Origin: Camelus ferus
Lineage: Eukaryota
Direction: 5' to 3'
Assembly: GCF_009834535.1 (NCBI RefSeq)
Contig: NC_045697.1
Span: forward strand, 88,352,001 to 88,416,000
Length of the DNA: 64,000 nt
Program-made: the position numbers and the translations under genes
The notes under the pieces: model-generated
Database searches by the model: none
The model's input: the letters and a program-made list of their open reading frames with translations, nothing else
Told to the model about the DNA's origin: nothing
Part shown: piece after piece, positions 51,600-64,000 of the stretch
How the letters are laid out: each line of letters opens with the position of its first letter
Numbering within the stretch: the first letter of the stretch is position 1

Positions 51600-52330
51600 A
51601 AAGGATCTGTACATCACTCAGTGGTAATGTAAGCCACTGAACATTTTTGAGTAGCTGGGAGGTCAGTTAGAGTTGTGCATCAAGAAGATAACAGGGTGCG
51701 GCATAGATTGGGAGTGGTCCATGAGCCTACATGAAGACAGTAGAATAGGTATGTGATTTTGTCATCTTACATTATAGTGTTTAAGCCTGAATGTGATTAT
51801 GATGATTGTAGTGCTATTAATAAATATATGTAAGTCACCAAGTAACAAGTTTTAGGGTAAAGATGATACATTTAATCTGGATAAATCAAATTTGAAATGC
51901 TGGGAAATCATCCAAATGATGGAATGGGAAAACAGAGGGACATTGACAAAAATTCCAAAGGGAGATTGTTGCCACAGAAATAGATTTGAAGTTATCAGGA
52001 TATAAGTTTATGGCAGATGTCCCCTTCAAGGGAAAGGAGATAAATATTGGAGACAAAAACACATGAGCGAGAAAATGGTACATTCAGAAGACAGGAAGCT
52101 AAGAGAAGAAATTTAAAAGGCTATAACTTTTACAAGACAATGTGAGAACAGATATCATGGTTTGAAGGACAAGATATTTTTTAAAGAAAATAATGGTAAA
52201 TTAGTCCAGCTATTCCAGGGGGACAGCCTGAAGAGTAATGATAAAAGATCTTTGAATTTGGTAACTGAAATGTGGATAGGGAGCTTCAAAACAATTTCAA
52301 TAAAATAATGAGAGAAGCAAAATTTACATT
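51600..52330 (-). mobile_element. Degraded L2
   Basis: ggtaatgtaagccactgaacatttttgag; atttgaaatgctggga..atccaaatga; tttgaatttggtaac. Confidence 0.55.
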
Positions 52331-53729
52331 AGAAGGCATTTACTGAATGTAAACTTTTCTTCAATGTGAAGTTTAAGAAAGAGATATGACAAGATAAGAG
52401 GGGGGTTCATTTACTCACTCATACATTTTTCTTGCTAATAAATCCTAAGAATAGTGCTGAGCATAAGTCTCAGATAAGAATAAAACTAATTTACATATAT
52501 CTAATGATTAATTGATGATATAATGATATTTCTGGTAGGCTTCTTGTCAGATTGCAATTCAGTGCATCCTCTTCAATGTTATACATACATAGAAACACAC
52601 AGATACATACACATGTATACCATATTATACATACATAATATATATGTCTACATGTGATACTCAACCTGGTAAACCAATTTAATAATTTGATTTTTAAAAA
52701 ATTCAATCAAATTATCTAATAACATTTTTATATTCAAAATGCTTTGCAAATATCAATTCATTAATCTTTGTCATAATTTCTTGAAAAAATGATAATTTAT
52801 TATTATTAATAATCATGTTTTCAGTATGAAAAATAGACCTAAGCTCAGGCCAATTTCTTGAATTTTTATGAAAGTAGTGAATGAATATATTTTTTAAACC
52901 TCAAGCACATTTCTATCGAAATAGTTAAAATCGTACATATTTTGTATTTAATCAAGTTGAGGTTATGGCCAGCATAGATTACACTGCAAAAGCACTTAAA
53001 TTATTAACAATAATCAGGGTAAACTCATAATGGTCTACGAGACAGATGCTTACATTCAAGTTCTCTTTAATATATTCACATAAATCAAATAAATTTCCAT
53101 TTCCCCTAACAGAATGAGAAGCTTTATCTGATGCTGTGTTTGAAGAAAGACTATTTATAGTGTCAGTGAGTGAAGACTGCACTCATTGAGGGATATCTAT
53201 AGAGGAGAAACAGGAAGCATCCTTCTGCTAAATATAGCACAAAAACTGTATTCAGGAGACAATTTTTAGGTTCATAATGTAGTGCATGAAAAAGAATGGC
53301 TGAAAGCTTGAGAATCTGAAGAAAAAATAGGGTTTTGTTTGTGATGGTTAATTCAAGGCTAAAATAGGAATTTTTACATTTAAACCTTAGTGAGTTAAAA
53401 TTTGTCTATAATCAGAAAACCTTACAACTCATTGCTGTTCTGAATAAACTCCTCTGAGGGAGATTTCCCTTTGCTAGCAATCCAGGGCAGAATTTTGCAT
53501 TCAACCACAGAACTCACCCGCGCCCTCGTCTCAGTCGTTGTCATCCCCAGGCATAACTGGGCAACAAGTGAAGTTCTGTACCATATGCAGCGAGGCAGGG
53601 TCTCAGACTCCCATGGGCGTGGCATCATTAGTTTCGTCTCAGGTTGCTTGATGCTTTCTAACAGGTACTTAGGCTACTAGCGATACTCCACCTTCCTCTC
53701 CTCTCACAGAAAGTGTCTAGGTCCCTATG

Positions 53730-53890
53730 GTTCAAACCTCAAAGGTCAGAGATCTACCCTAACCCTCTCATTTTGTGTTTGTGAATACTGAGGCAGGGGT
53801 AGGTTTAGTAATGTACCCAACTTAGCCCATCTAATTGGGCTAGAACCTAGGTCTTTTTGACTCCTAAGAATGTGCTAATTCCACTGCAAC
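53730..53890 (-). mobile_element. MIR
   Basis: ctctcattttg...gaatactgaggc...ctagaacctaggtctttttgactcc. Confidence 0.7.
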
Positions 53891-53939
53891 ACCATAGACA
53901 TTCTCATTCTTGATGGAGAGTCAAATGGTGTAATGTGAT

Positions 53940-54478
53940 GGTAAAGCCCACCCCCTCCCCGGTCAAGACCATCAGGAGTACACCGGTAGTCAAGGAGGTG
54001 TCTGCAGCAAAAGAGAAAGTATACCATGGAGACTGTGGGATGCCAAGTTAAGAGGCAGAAGAGGGGATTATTAATACAGGATTTGAGGTTATGCTGCTGA
54101 TTCTAAAGAGGGTTAAAGGAAGCTGAGTTCATTCTGTATTGGGTGCTGTCTGCAAGTGGGGACATCTTGGTAACTTTTAACTAGAAGAAAGGGGGACCGA
54201 AGTGGGGTTAGAGTTGTCTTTGGTAAAGAGGCAGTAGTTACTCATGTGAGTAAAAAGGAAAGGTATGTTTACTTAGTCTTGTGGCTGCAGGGTCCTTGTC
54301 TCTATCTTACTTCAGACATGGTCCCCGAGTGGCAGGATCCCTGTCTTGTTCCATCCCAGTCATAGCCTGCCTCATTTGGTCATCATTTATGTTGTTCATC
54401 TCTGGTGATCATATTTATGTTCATTAGGGAACATCAGAGCTTAGCTGTCAGCTGCCAGAGCCATTTTTCATTTTCTCA
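53940..54478 (-). mobile_element. ERV1-class solo LTR (MER90-like)
   Basis: Minus strand starts TGAGAAAATGAAA..cagctaagctctgatgttccctaatgaacataaa; ttggtaaagaggcagtagttactcat. Confidence 0.65.
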
Positions 54479-55214
54479 GTCATGTATAGGACAGACTAGG
54501 TTGATCCCAAAAGCACGTGTGAATAAATTGATGAAGTTATAAAAAGGAACACTCTAGTTCAATACAAGACACAACTTGGCACCTAAGAATAAAATAAATT
54601 GTCTCCCAAACTGTGTATTTTCCACTACTGGAATTATCTGCAAGTCAAGATCCTTTGGTAAGAGGATGAGATCCTTGGTAAGAGGATTGGAATAAATGTC
54701 TCCAGATCTGAGTTTATGCTTTTAGGTCCAATCCACAAAGTTGCCATAATCATAAAGATCTGGGGCTCAGCTGGAAGAGACAGTCATGGCTGGAAGAATT
54801 TTTTACCAGACATTAGCTTTCATTTCATGCTTCCCAGGTAAAATATTTTGCCTTCATAAGGACTTGTGCTATACCTCAGATACTGGCTTTAAATCATGTA
54901 TGATTTTATCCCCTTCTATCTTAGACTCATATTTCATAAAAAGTAGATCTTTCTATAAGCAACACATCTACTAAAATGGGAAGAACACACAGAATGTTAT
55001 CAGAGTTCCTGCTACTAGGGTGAAATGTACATTCATAAAAAATTAACTTTCTTGAACATTTTTAACTCCATTCTCAACATATATGATTAAGGTAGTTTCT
55101 CACTTTCTCCCATCTCTACCTGTTAAATTACTATTTGTCCATCAAGCTCCATCTTACGAATTCAAAGGTAACCCCTGAATGCAGCCTTCTCTGATTCTAC
55201 CCTCTAGATTGTGG

Positions 55215-55586
55215 TGTCAAGTCTAAAATTAAAGCCTAGTATTATGTGCTGCCTTAACATCTGGGGAAACTGAGAGGGCCTCAAATAGCCTAACTGCAAG
55301 TCCCACTCCCCACCTTGCTCCCACAGAGGCGGTCCCCTCACCAAACCCCACTCCTTGTCAGGGGCACCAGGCACAGTTCCCGCTTATCCCTGGGTAGCTG
55401 GTTTCGGTTCCCTGAGAACTCATGAAATTATTCAGACAAGCCAATAATATCCTCGCACGGGAACCATGGGGCATCTCACCCTACTGATACCATGGAGCCT
55501 GCCTCCCACAGCCCGTGGATGTTACTGCGTGCCTGAGTGCCACTCCCATGTGGCCCTGTGTGCTGTGTGGGCTCCACCTTTCACGG

Positions 55587-55618
<32 letters not shown>

Positions 55619-55737
55619 CTAAGAAACTGCTGTTCATCTCCTGTGTCTAGTGTTAGGTGTTGTGTGTTTGGCCACCTCCATGACCCTAGGGCAGGAATCG
55701 CCCCTCACCAACAGGGCGAAGAGGAGGCAATTAACTA
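55215..55737 (+). mobile_element. Eutherian ERV1-class solo LTR (MER89/MER110 group, subfamily uncertain) inserted in an L2
   Basis: tattatgtgctgccttaacatctgg...accaggcacagttcc..cttatccctg; decayed poly(A) signal gtgactaagaaactgctg. Confidence 0.65.
55588..55617. repeat. (TG)15 microsatellite inside the LTR
   Basis: Perfect repeat seen directly. Confidence 0.95.
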
Positions 55738-56936
55738 CTTAGACTCCTCTACTTTTCCCTAAAGCAAGAATGAATACTTTTCTATTCTTTCTCTTCAACA
55801 TTTTGTGTGCCCCAGTACCACGTATTTATCAAAGTGTGGTTTAAATTGTGATCACAAGCTTACAATGGTGACTCCTTACTGCAAAGTGGACAGAGATTTG
55901 AGTCTTACTCACCTTTGAAAATCCTTTAGGGCCTACCGTGGCATCTCAGGTATTAATGATTTTAGTTCACATTCCATTTGCACTTTTTTTGCCTCCTTTC
56001 TAATTTTAGATCAATTCGTGTCTAGAATTTGATCACAAGAGACGCTTTTTTCCTTCGTATAATTGAAACAGTTTACACTGTAAAAAAGGAGAAGCACATT
56101 AAAAAGAACTCTTTTACTGGCTCGGCCCCGGGGCTGGCAGTACAGCTGTGATGCAGAGCCACCTCAGCAGGTTTCATTAGCTCTGTGTCCAGCTGGAGAC
56201 GGATGCTAAGCTGGTTGATCACGCCACCGCCAGCCCTACTGGGGGGGAGAGGGGGGTAGCGTTTCTTATTAATACTTCTTTATTTTGATTCTACTGGCTG
56301 ATAAAGCCAAGACTATAATGCCACATCATTGTTAGAAATGGAGCTGATTTTATAAGTTCAAGCCATCGCCCCAAATTGTGTTTTTGCTGTTAGTTTTTGC
56401 TTTAGTGGTAAAAAGTAATTTAGTTAGGCACACAGCTAGGAGATCAGGCTCTTAAGCAGAGAAATAATTGGAGGAAACTCAAGCTCTCTGGAGATCATGA
56501 TGGCTTTCATAAGGCAAGGAAATAGTAATAACTAGTGTAATAATCTAGAAGTGAAGGAATTCAGCCTTGTGGTGAGATGAGATTGAAAAATAAAGTTGTT
56601 TCTCAAGTGTCTAGCCAATCCTGCCTTAGAATTTCCCAGCAGGCTTCCAGTTCTTTCTGATTTTCCTCCCTTTCTGATAGTCATGTGTTTCCTCACCACA
56701 CCTGTTGAGTTTAAAAATTGTAATGGGGCTACATGGGGTTCTCTAAATATTTCATGTGTATATGCTTTGCTGCTTCTGTAATCCTGGAAAACTGAGAACA
56801 TAAATAATATTTCTTTTCCATCCTTATAATATCTGGAATGATGTAAGTAGGGACTTCATAAATTCTTACTGGATTTGGAAGGTAAAATGGATTTTGGAGG
56901 AGTTCCAACAATGCATTTGAGAATAAAAGAGGAATA

Positions 56937-57125
56937 TCTATATATCCACATTTAGATATACAAACAAGTACATATTTTATGTGTGTACATTTATATCATA
57001 CACATATTTATATATGTAATATATATTATATATTCTATTATATATATTTATGTATAGTCTTTATATATTTATATTCTGTATATTTAAATATATACATTCT
57101 CCCTATACATTTTCTATATATACAA
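56937..57125. repeat. Degenerate (TA)n low-complexity tract
   Basis: Seen directly. Confidence 0.8.
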
Positions 57126-57129
57126 GAAA

Positions 57130-57290
57130 TGCTTCTTACATGTTCTGTCAGTTGGTCTTCACAATTATCCTGTGACACACTTGTGTCTGTTTTATTGCAG
57201 AGGAAACAGGCTAAAAGAATTTGACTACTCTATTCTATGTGGTGAAATCTGCAGTGAACCCAAACCAGGCTGCCTCCATGACGTTCTTAT
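57130..57290 (-). mobile_element. MIR fragment
   Basis: tcttcacaattatcctgtga...tttattgcagaggaaacaggct. Confidence 0.6.
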
Positions 57291-57656
57291 CAGGAGACTA
57301 ACAATGGATTGAACTGTCTCCATATTATGAAACTATTACTAGGCTAAGTCAGTATTGTCTCTTTTCCCCGAATATATGATAATGATTTTTATGCTGATAA
57401 TTTAATTAGGTAATAATTTTTGTTAATTTTTACTAAAATGATAAAAAGTTAGATGTGAAAAATTCATACACAACTGATTTTTATAGTTTAACCTTATAAA
57501 AATTTTATAATCACAGACATATACCAGTTATACAGCCAGACCATGAAAGACTTAAGGTCCTAGAGATTAAAAATTCTACAAAATAGAATCACATAGAAGT
57601 CAAAATCTTTTTAGTTGCTTGAAGTTCTGCAGTTTTCTGTACAGTTATTTTTTGAA

Positions 57657-57788
57657 GGCTCACATTTGCTATGTGAGAATAGAAGGGAGAAATACATATA
57701 TTTATGTAAATATATATTCTATCTATCTATGTATCTATGTATCTATCTATGTAACTATCTATCTATCTATGGCTCACATTTGCTATGT
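57657..57788. repeat. Perfect 18-bp direct repeats enclosing 96 bp with (TATC/TATG)n
   Basis: ggctcacatttgctatgt at 57657-57674 and 57771-57788. Confidence 0.9.
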
Positions 57789-58390
57789 CCAATATGAGAT
57801 TCAGAGCTTGACACTCCAGAAACATGTTGAACTGAATTAAACTTGAACTAAAATTGAATTAAAAATGAAGTCTGATCAATAATAGATAATGATAGTATAT
57901 TACCCTATTTCACAAAGTATTATCTATCCATGGTTTTCATATTCCAGATTATAAGCATACATTTTCCAAGTATCAACTTACATTCACTAGTGGTAAACTA
58001 GAAGATTTTTAGGGGGCTTTATTTGAAAAAGATATATTGAACCATTTAATAGTCCTCAATTTTTGGCTATTATTGATTTCTGAAATGTTGGAAAATTAAA
58101 ATTTTGATTAAATGTTATACCAGGGGATGGATAAATATATACATATAAATAGTGCATTAGTTTGCTATTATAAAATAAGAGCTGGCATGTCAGACTGTTT
58201 TGAAATCTGAGTCATTTGATTTAACATTTACAGATTTAGGAGGCTGGATGACAGCTATGTAAATATAAATCATTATTATAATTGCTATTTTCAGGTTTTA
58301 GTTGAACTTGCAAGAAAAAAAAAATCTTGTCTCTCTTGCTTTGCTCTGTAATCTTAAGTATTCTTTAGTTCCAAAACAGAGAAGACAGTC

Positions 58391-58414
58391 AAAAAAAAAA
58401 AAAAAAAAAAAAAA
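58391..58414. repeat. A24 homopolymer
   Basis: Seen directly. Confidence 0.95.
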
Positions 58415-60829
58415 GGCAACTGGCATCAGCGAGAAGAGAAAACCCTTCTGTGCATTCCAGTTTCTCTTACTTCTTCTGCCAACAGAGCCGTGTGTTCGTG
58501 GTACTCAAATTGAATACAGGTGTGTGTCTATCCACACGCTTAAAACCATATAACAAATGGAGAAAATGGAGCAAAACAACAAACTACTCAGAGTCTTTGG
58601 GAAAGAAAAATGCCCAGCAACAAAGCTTGTTTCGCTTTCCTTGTATGTACATCCAGCCAGACCTCTCCATGTGTGCAATTAAGTCACAAAATCCTCATTT
58701 GAAGATTGAGGCCTCTTGCAACGAGAGCCAAGAGATCTCAAACCCCTGATGGACATTCTATTCAATGGCCTCTTTTAAATGCATACCATTTTTATTTTTA
58801 AATTTTCTTGATGTTGTTATTATCCACAGAGACCAGGCCTATTTCATCACTATTTTGCTAACTCAAATAGTCTACTGAGCACTACAGTAAGCCAGTTTCA
58901 CTAAAGTGTAAATACTTCATATTCTATATGACATAGGATCTATTGGTATGCTTATACTCTGTACTTGAGGGACTTCAGAACGTTCCCCTTCGGGGGAAAG
59001 ACGAATGATGCTGTGACGGTTTAGTGCTCCTAAAAAGCACTTGCACATAAAGAAGCCAAAAGAACTCATTGTGTCTTTTTTCTTTTTCCGAGCTCGCCAG
59101 CTTTGCTAGTAATTGCACCATTCATCTACCTCTTTGAGCACACAGAGCATTGTTAATTTCTTATTCTGTTTTCCATATGACCCTGTCACTTTGGTGCCCT
59201 GTGAAGGATGTGTCAGATGTTTTGAGTGGGAAGTTTTGATCAATTAGAATGAATTATTGGCACTTAACTTTCTCTGTGTTATTAGCTTAATCTGACTTCC
59301 ATTGTATTTCTCAGTTGTATGTTAAGACTCTGTTTATTTACATTTATTTTCCTTTAAGGTGCTCTTGGTGTCTTGTTGCAATTAATGGACAATAGGTTTT
59401 GAGTATATCTGCAACTAGTTCTTCAGTGAACTAAATATTGCAGATACAGCGTTAAAGAGATAAGGGGAATTAAAGCAATAATAAAGGAGGTTATGATTTT
59501 CTTTAATAGGTAAATATTGTAAAAATGAATGACGCATCTGTGTAACTGGTGAATCATACCCTCTAAAAGGCTATTGGGAATGATACAGAGAGTTAATTTC
59601 TGAGGTGTTTGTACATGTTCTCTGATAAAGTCATAAACGGCTCATGCTAGCTGAATATGCACCTTTTTCTCACAGAGCCATAACCACATGCAAAACCTTA
59701 CTGCAATGATGCATTCTTCACTTTTTCATTTTACTGTTCATTTTGAAGATAACTTAACATGAATCCCATTCAAATGATGTATAAATTGAATCTGCTTTTT
59801 AAAATGCACCTTTATTCTTGCTGACACTTAGGAGGATCTCTCACCATCAGTATTTTAGTATCAGCACAACAGGCTATTTATTAATTTGTCATTCCCAGGT
59901 TCAGTTCAACAATTGGTTTTGGAGTCTCTGTCATCATATTGTATTTTATGTCAACTGTACATTTATTTATTGCAACTTAGAAGATGTTGGAATATATCTG
60001 TTTTATAATCATTGATATTAGGAGAAAGAAGATAAATTCAACATTAGTCCAGTAGACCAGTGATTTGGATCTGGAGCTAATGAGTCCCAGTTATTAGTGA
60101 ATTCCAATTTTGAGTAAAGAGTTTGAAAATTTGGTTCATAATCTTATGCCCTTATTTAGGGTATAAATAAGTGAGTGATTTGCCCTGAAACTGAATTCCC
60201 TTAAGGATGATGCTGTATCAATAAAGCCAGTCCAGTGTGGACTGAAATAGTTGATGGACATCAGTAAGTACCAGTTTTAAAGATACCATATTTTAGCTCA
60301 TTTTTTACAAAAGGAATGAAACTAAAGCAAAGCCTAAAACAAAGCTATGCATTATAATATAACTATGGAAAAGTATTTGTCAGGTAAAAAATTCTCTTGT
60401 CTGGAAAGTATGTTCTGATTGGCCCATTTCTGTAAAGCATGGGCATTAAATTCTGTTTGCATTGGGAATACGAGGGAAGGCTCACCTGCTGTGGCCAAAA
60501 CAGAACTATCTTTGCTCTTGGTCTTAATCTCTTTGGATAGTGTCTCATTATCCTATAGTCGGGGCAAGTTTTGCTCACTCAGATCAAAGGTCTAAATATG
60601 AATATTAAGTCTCAGAGCAGAGGAAGTCAGATATCCTCGCCTTTATCTTCATGTCTTGACTGTCAAAAAACCCCAGGTTTGCTTCCTACCAGCAGCAGTG
60701 AGTTTTGTAGTTGAAGAGGAAAGAAAGAAGAATGGGAGGGAGAAAAGTGTGAGATGATGACAGGAGATGGAGAAATATTTAGTAAGGGAACAGATATTTT
60801 AGTATTGTGAACGCAGAAACGTTCTCTGA

Positions 60830-62675
60830 TTCATTCTTTGTATGTTTATTTTCTGTTTTAGTCATGTTTTGTTGACAGTAATTAAATTCACCATCATATA
60901 TTTCTCAATTTTTAGGCTCAGTTTTGTTGTAGGTATAACCATTTTACATATCCGCTTATTTTATTGTTAAACTATATCCTTTAAGCAATTTTTTAGGTGG
61001 AGATTTTATAGTATTTGCCTGAAAATCTCTTTCCTCATATTCTTAAAGGATAGTTTAACTGTTTGTATAACTCTAGGTTAATAGTTTTTCCCCTCTCTGT
61101 ACTTTGATGATTTTAGCCCAATGTCTTATGAAACCTATTGTTACTGATAAGAATTTGTCAAGCAAGGACTACTTTTTATTATGTTGCCTTATTTTAATTC
61201 TTTAAAATTTTCTGCCACTTTTTAAATGTTTCTTCTGTCATTTCTATTATCTTCATCTTGAACTTAGAATTATGTTGGAGGTTCTTTATCCTACCTTTTT
61301 TCTGTTTCTTAACACATTGTAGTTTTTTTTTTCTCTCTGGCAAAATTCTAGAGTAGTATGCTCTAATTCATTGATTTTTAATATCAATATGTGATGGAAA
61401 TAATCTAAGGTAACCCTGATGGCTCATGCTGTATAGTCCACTTCCCTTAAACTGTGGACTGAATCTATGACTAGCTCTTACCCAGCTGAATATGGCAAAA
61501 GTGAGGGGGCATCACTCCTTTGATGAGGTTATATTATATAAACTCTGTCTTAGCAGATTAGAGTGCAAGGCTCTCCTGGTGGCCTCGAAGAAGAGGACTG
61601 CCATGCTACTGAGTGCCTATGGAGAGAACCACATGGTTAGGAACTATGGGCAACCTCTGGGATTTGAGGGCCTCAGACGTACAACTGCAAGAACATTCTG
61701 CCAGCAAGCATGTGAGCTTAGAAGACAACCCCCCAAATCCAGAGAGGACTTAGCCCAGCCAATACCTTGTTAGCTGTCTTACGAGTTCTGAGCAGAAGAC
61801 TTAGCTAGGTCCTACCCAGACTCCTGACCCACGGAAACAGCGAGATAATAATTGTGTGCCATTTTCAGTGGCTAGATTTATGATAATTGGTTACACAGCA
61901 AAAGAAAATTAATACAAAGTAATGTTTCCTACCTAATGTTTATAATTTTAAGTATGATCTTTTACTTCAATGAATATATTTTTTTCTTTGCCTAGATTTC
62001 TAATTTACTGTTTTAATATAATATCCACCTCTTTTTAAAAATTTCCACTTGGTTTTGTTTCTATGTTAGTGTTCATTTTTAAAATGATGTTGTTTCACTT
62101 GCCTCAGTCTAACAATATAGACTTTTTAAATAGTTGTCAAAGACCAAGTCTTAGCGTGGCAGCACGGGAACTTCTGCCCTGGGTGATTTTGGAACTCTCA
62201 CAGATTTGGTTACCAAGTCAGCAGGCGGCTTGGCTCCTTCACTGGCAGAAGGGCTCTGTTTTTGATCTCCCAGCTTTCTAGACATTGTACTTGTTCTAAG
62301 CAACAGCCTGACAGCCCAGCAGCAATTGTTAAGAATCTTTTCATAAGAGGGGACTTGTATCTGATCTCTAGCTCCAGGCAGTGAGCGTGTTTTCAGTCCC
62401 TGCATCTGGGTCGCCTCTTCAGTCCACTTAACCTAAGGCTACCCGATATCTGATGCTTCTTCCTTACTTCCCTGACCCTGCACAACACTCCAGCCTTGTT
62501 TATTACTTGACACTTCCATTCCTCTTCCTAATTACAAAGATACTTATCTTGTTTTGATCATGATTTTTTAAGTCTTTTTCTTTTAAAATGATTCATTTAG
62601 CATTGTGAGACACTTGGTGTGCACTTTGGGAAGGAGGTGAAAGGGGCATTTTTTTCAGCTATTGCACGTCAGTGT
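60830..62675 (-). mobile_element. Very old L1/HAL1-like ORF1-region remnant, interrupted by MLT1
   Basis: T-rich; aaggatagtttaactg...ctaggttaatagttttt...ctattgttactgataagaa ORF1-type pattern; extent uncertain. Confidence 0.45.
61390..61916 (+). mobile_element. MaLR solo LTR (MLT1E3/F-like)
   Basis: aatatggcaaaagtga...cccagactcctgacccacggaaac...cacagcaaaagaaaattaataca; accounts for ORF 61492-61773. Confidence 0.85.
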
Positions 62676-63631
62676 ATACTTTTAAGTGAGCTGGAAATTT
62701 ATTTCTTTAAAACTATCTTCTTTTTTCCTCCTTTTTAAAATTTAAAGCACATCCTGTGCATCTGTTTCTATTTATACTTCCGATGACTTAGGCTAAGGCT
62801 CCATTCATTCTTTTAATTATACAAGCTTGTGTTATTAAAGATAGTATACAATTTGAAATGGCAAAAACTGAGATAATGCACAAGACAAGATTTAATAACC
62901 TCAAATTTGTGCCATGTGGCTTTTATTAATGCATACTATAATAATTAGGATTTGACCAAAAGCAGGAAAAAAATCTCTTAATGACTCCAGGTCACCTCCT
63001 CACTTACTCTAAAGCTAGACAGAGGTAAGGGATTGTTTAGGGTCACCCTTGTTCTAGTTTGCTACCCCTTTTGGGAAATTTTGAGCTTTGAAAGCCATCT
63101 TCTATTTAATAAACTACCAAAATTATATAGCAAAAGTCAAGCACAAAATTAATTAAAATATAGGTTTCCTAACTTGTCTTTCTACCTTCAGCTATTCCTG
63201 GATGATCAGAGCAATTATTTTATGTAAGGCTTCCTCTGGTTATGACAGTGAGGGCAAAAAGTTCATTTAACTAGAAGGCCTCTGAATTTTTATAATTCTT
63301 AGCTTTTCAAATTTCTCTGTTAGTTTTGGAGAAGAGGCATGCAGTGCACTCCCCATGTTCCCCTGGCATCTCTTCACAAGATGTTAAGTGCACTGATGGC
63401 TTTGTTGCCTGTATCCAAAGAAGCCAGATAAAACTGAGAATGGTGGGAGCTGTACAAAAAGATGGGTTAGAGAAATGAATGCCAACCAGCTCTTATCTCT
63501 TCCATTCTTTCTAGTAGTGAGCAGATTACTATTTACCAATTCACTGATTCTAAAGCAATTCTTTTTTTTTTTTCCCTCCATGCTTCTGATATCAGGATAT
63601 CTTATATCAGTGGCATCTTACAATTACTATT

Positions 63632-64000
63632 GACCAGAAATGGATAAATTCCTAGAAATATACAACCTACCAAGACTGATTCATGAAGACATAGAAAATC
63701 TGAACAAACAAGTGGTAAGTAAGGAGATTGCATCAGTAATCAGAATTCGCCCAGCGAAGAAAAGCCAGGGCTAGAGGCTTTCCCTGGTGAGTTCCACCAA
63801 ACATTTAAAGACAAATTAATACCAACCCTTCTCAAACTCTTCCAGGAAACTGAAGAGGAGGAAACACTCCCAAAATCATTTTATAAGGCCATCATTATCC
63901 TGATCCTGAAATCAGATAAGGACACTACAAGAAGGAAAACCATAGGCCAACATCCCAGATGAATACAGATATCAAAATTCCCAACAAAATGTTAGTAACC
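63632..64000 (+). mobile_element. L1 ORF2 fragment (disrupted), continues past the window
   Basis: EMDKFLEIYNLPRLIHEDIENLNK...KKSQG*, then frameshifted FPGEFHQTFKDKLIPTLLKLFQETEEEETLPKSFYKA. Confidence 0.92.

Noticed and set aside
53823..53842. 7-bp hairpin tagccca / tgggcta
   Set aside because: Short and inside a MIR; chance level
58450..58749. 99-aa ORF in unique DNA
   Set aside because: GTG start, no recognisable homology and no coherent coding exon chain
1..64000. CRISPR arrays, operons, rRNA/snRNA genes, numts, processed pseudogenes, non-retroviral viral inserts
   Set aside because: No repeat-spacer arrays, long ORFs or recognisable homology seen by eye; very decayed copies cannot be excluded without a search

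Overview
AT-rich, repeat-dense, non-coding placental-mammal DNA. It is most likely camelid (alpaca/camel), judged from a Vic-1-type tRNA-derived SINE at 15590-15761 and artiodactyl-type L1 3' ends. I find no credible protein-coding gene, tRNA or rRNA. The ORF track is explained by chance ORFs, microsatellites and decayed L1, L2, hAT and MaLR fragments. A large share of the window is interspersed repeat: about 13 MLT1 (MaLR) LTRs, other ERVL/ERV1 solo LTRs, L1, L2, MIR and hAT DNA-transposon fossils, often nested. Repeat-poor blocks (about 2.8-5, 21.3-24.1, 38.5-41.4 and 58-60.8 kb) and small CpG-retaining patches are candidate regulatory elements. The left edge looks like the flank of a CpG island. 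The most unusual items are: a TSD-flanked, polyadenylated ERV-LTR fragment that looks L1-retroposed (43742-43954); an L1 that keeps both termini but lacks nearly all coding sequence (28781-30125); a CpG patch with CTCF-like motifs (36360-36556); an unexplained 18-bp direct-repeat-flanked insertion (57657-57788); and candidate non-coding exons. Repeat subfamily names are recognised from memory, not from a database run, and boundaries are approximate. I see no convincing novel biological system.
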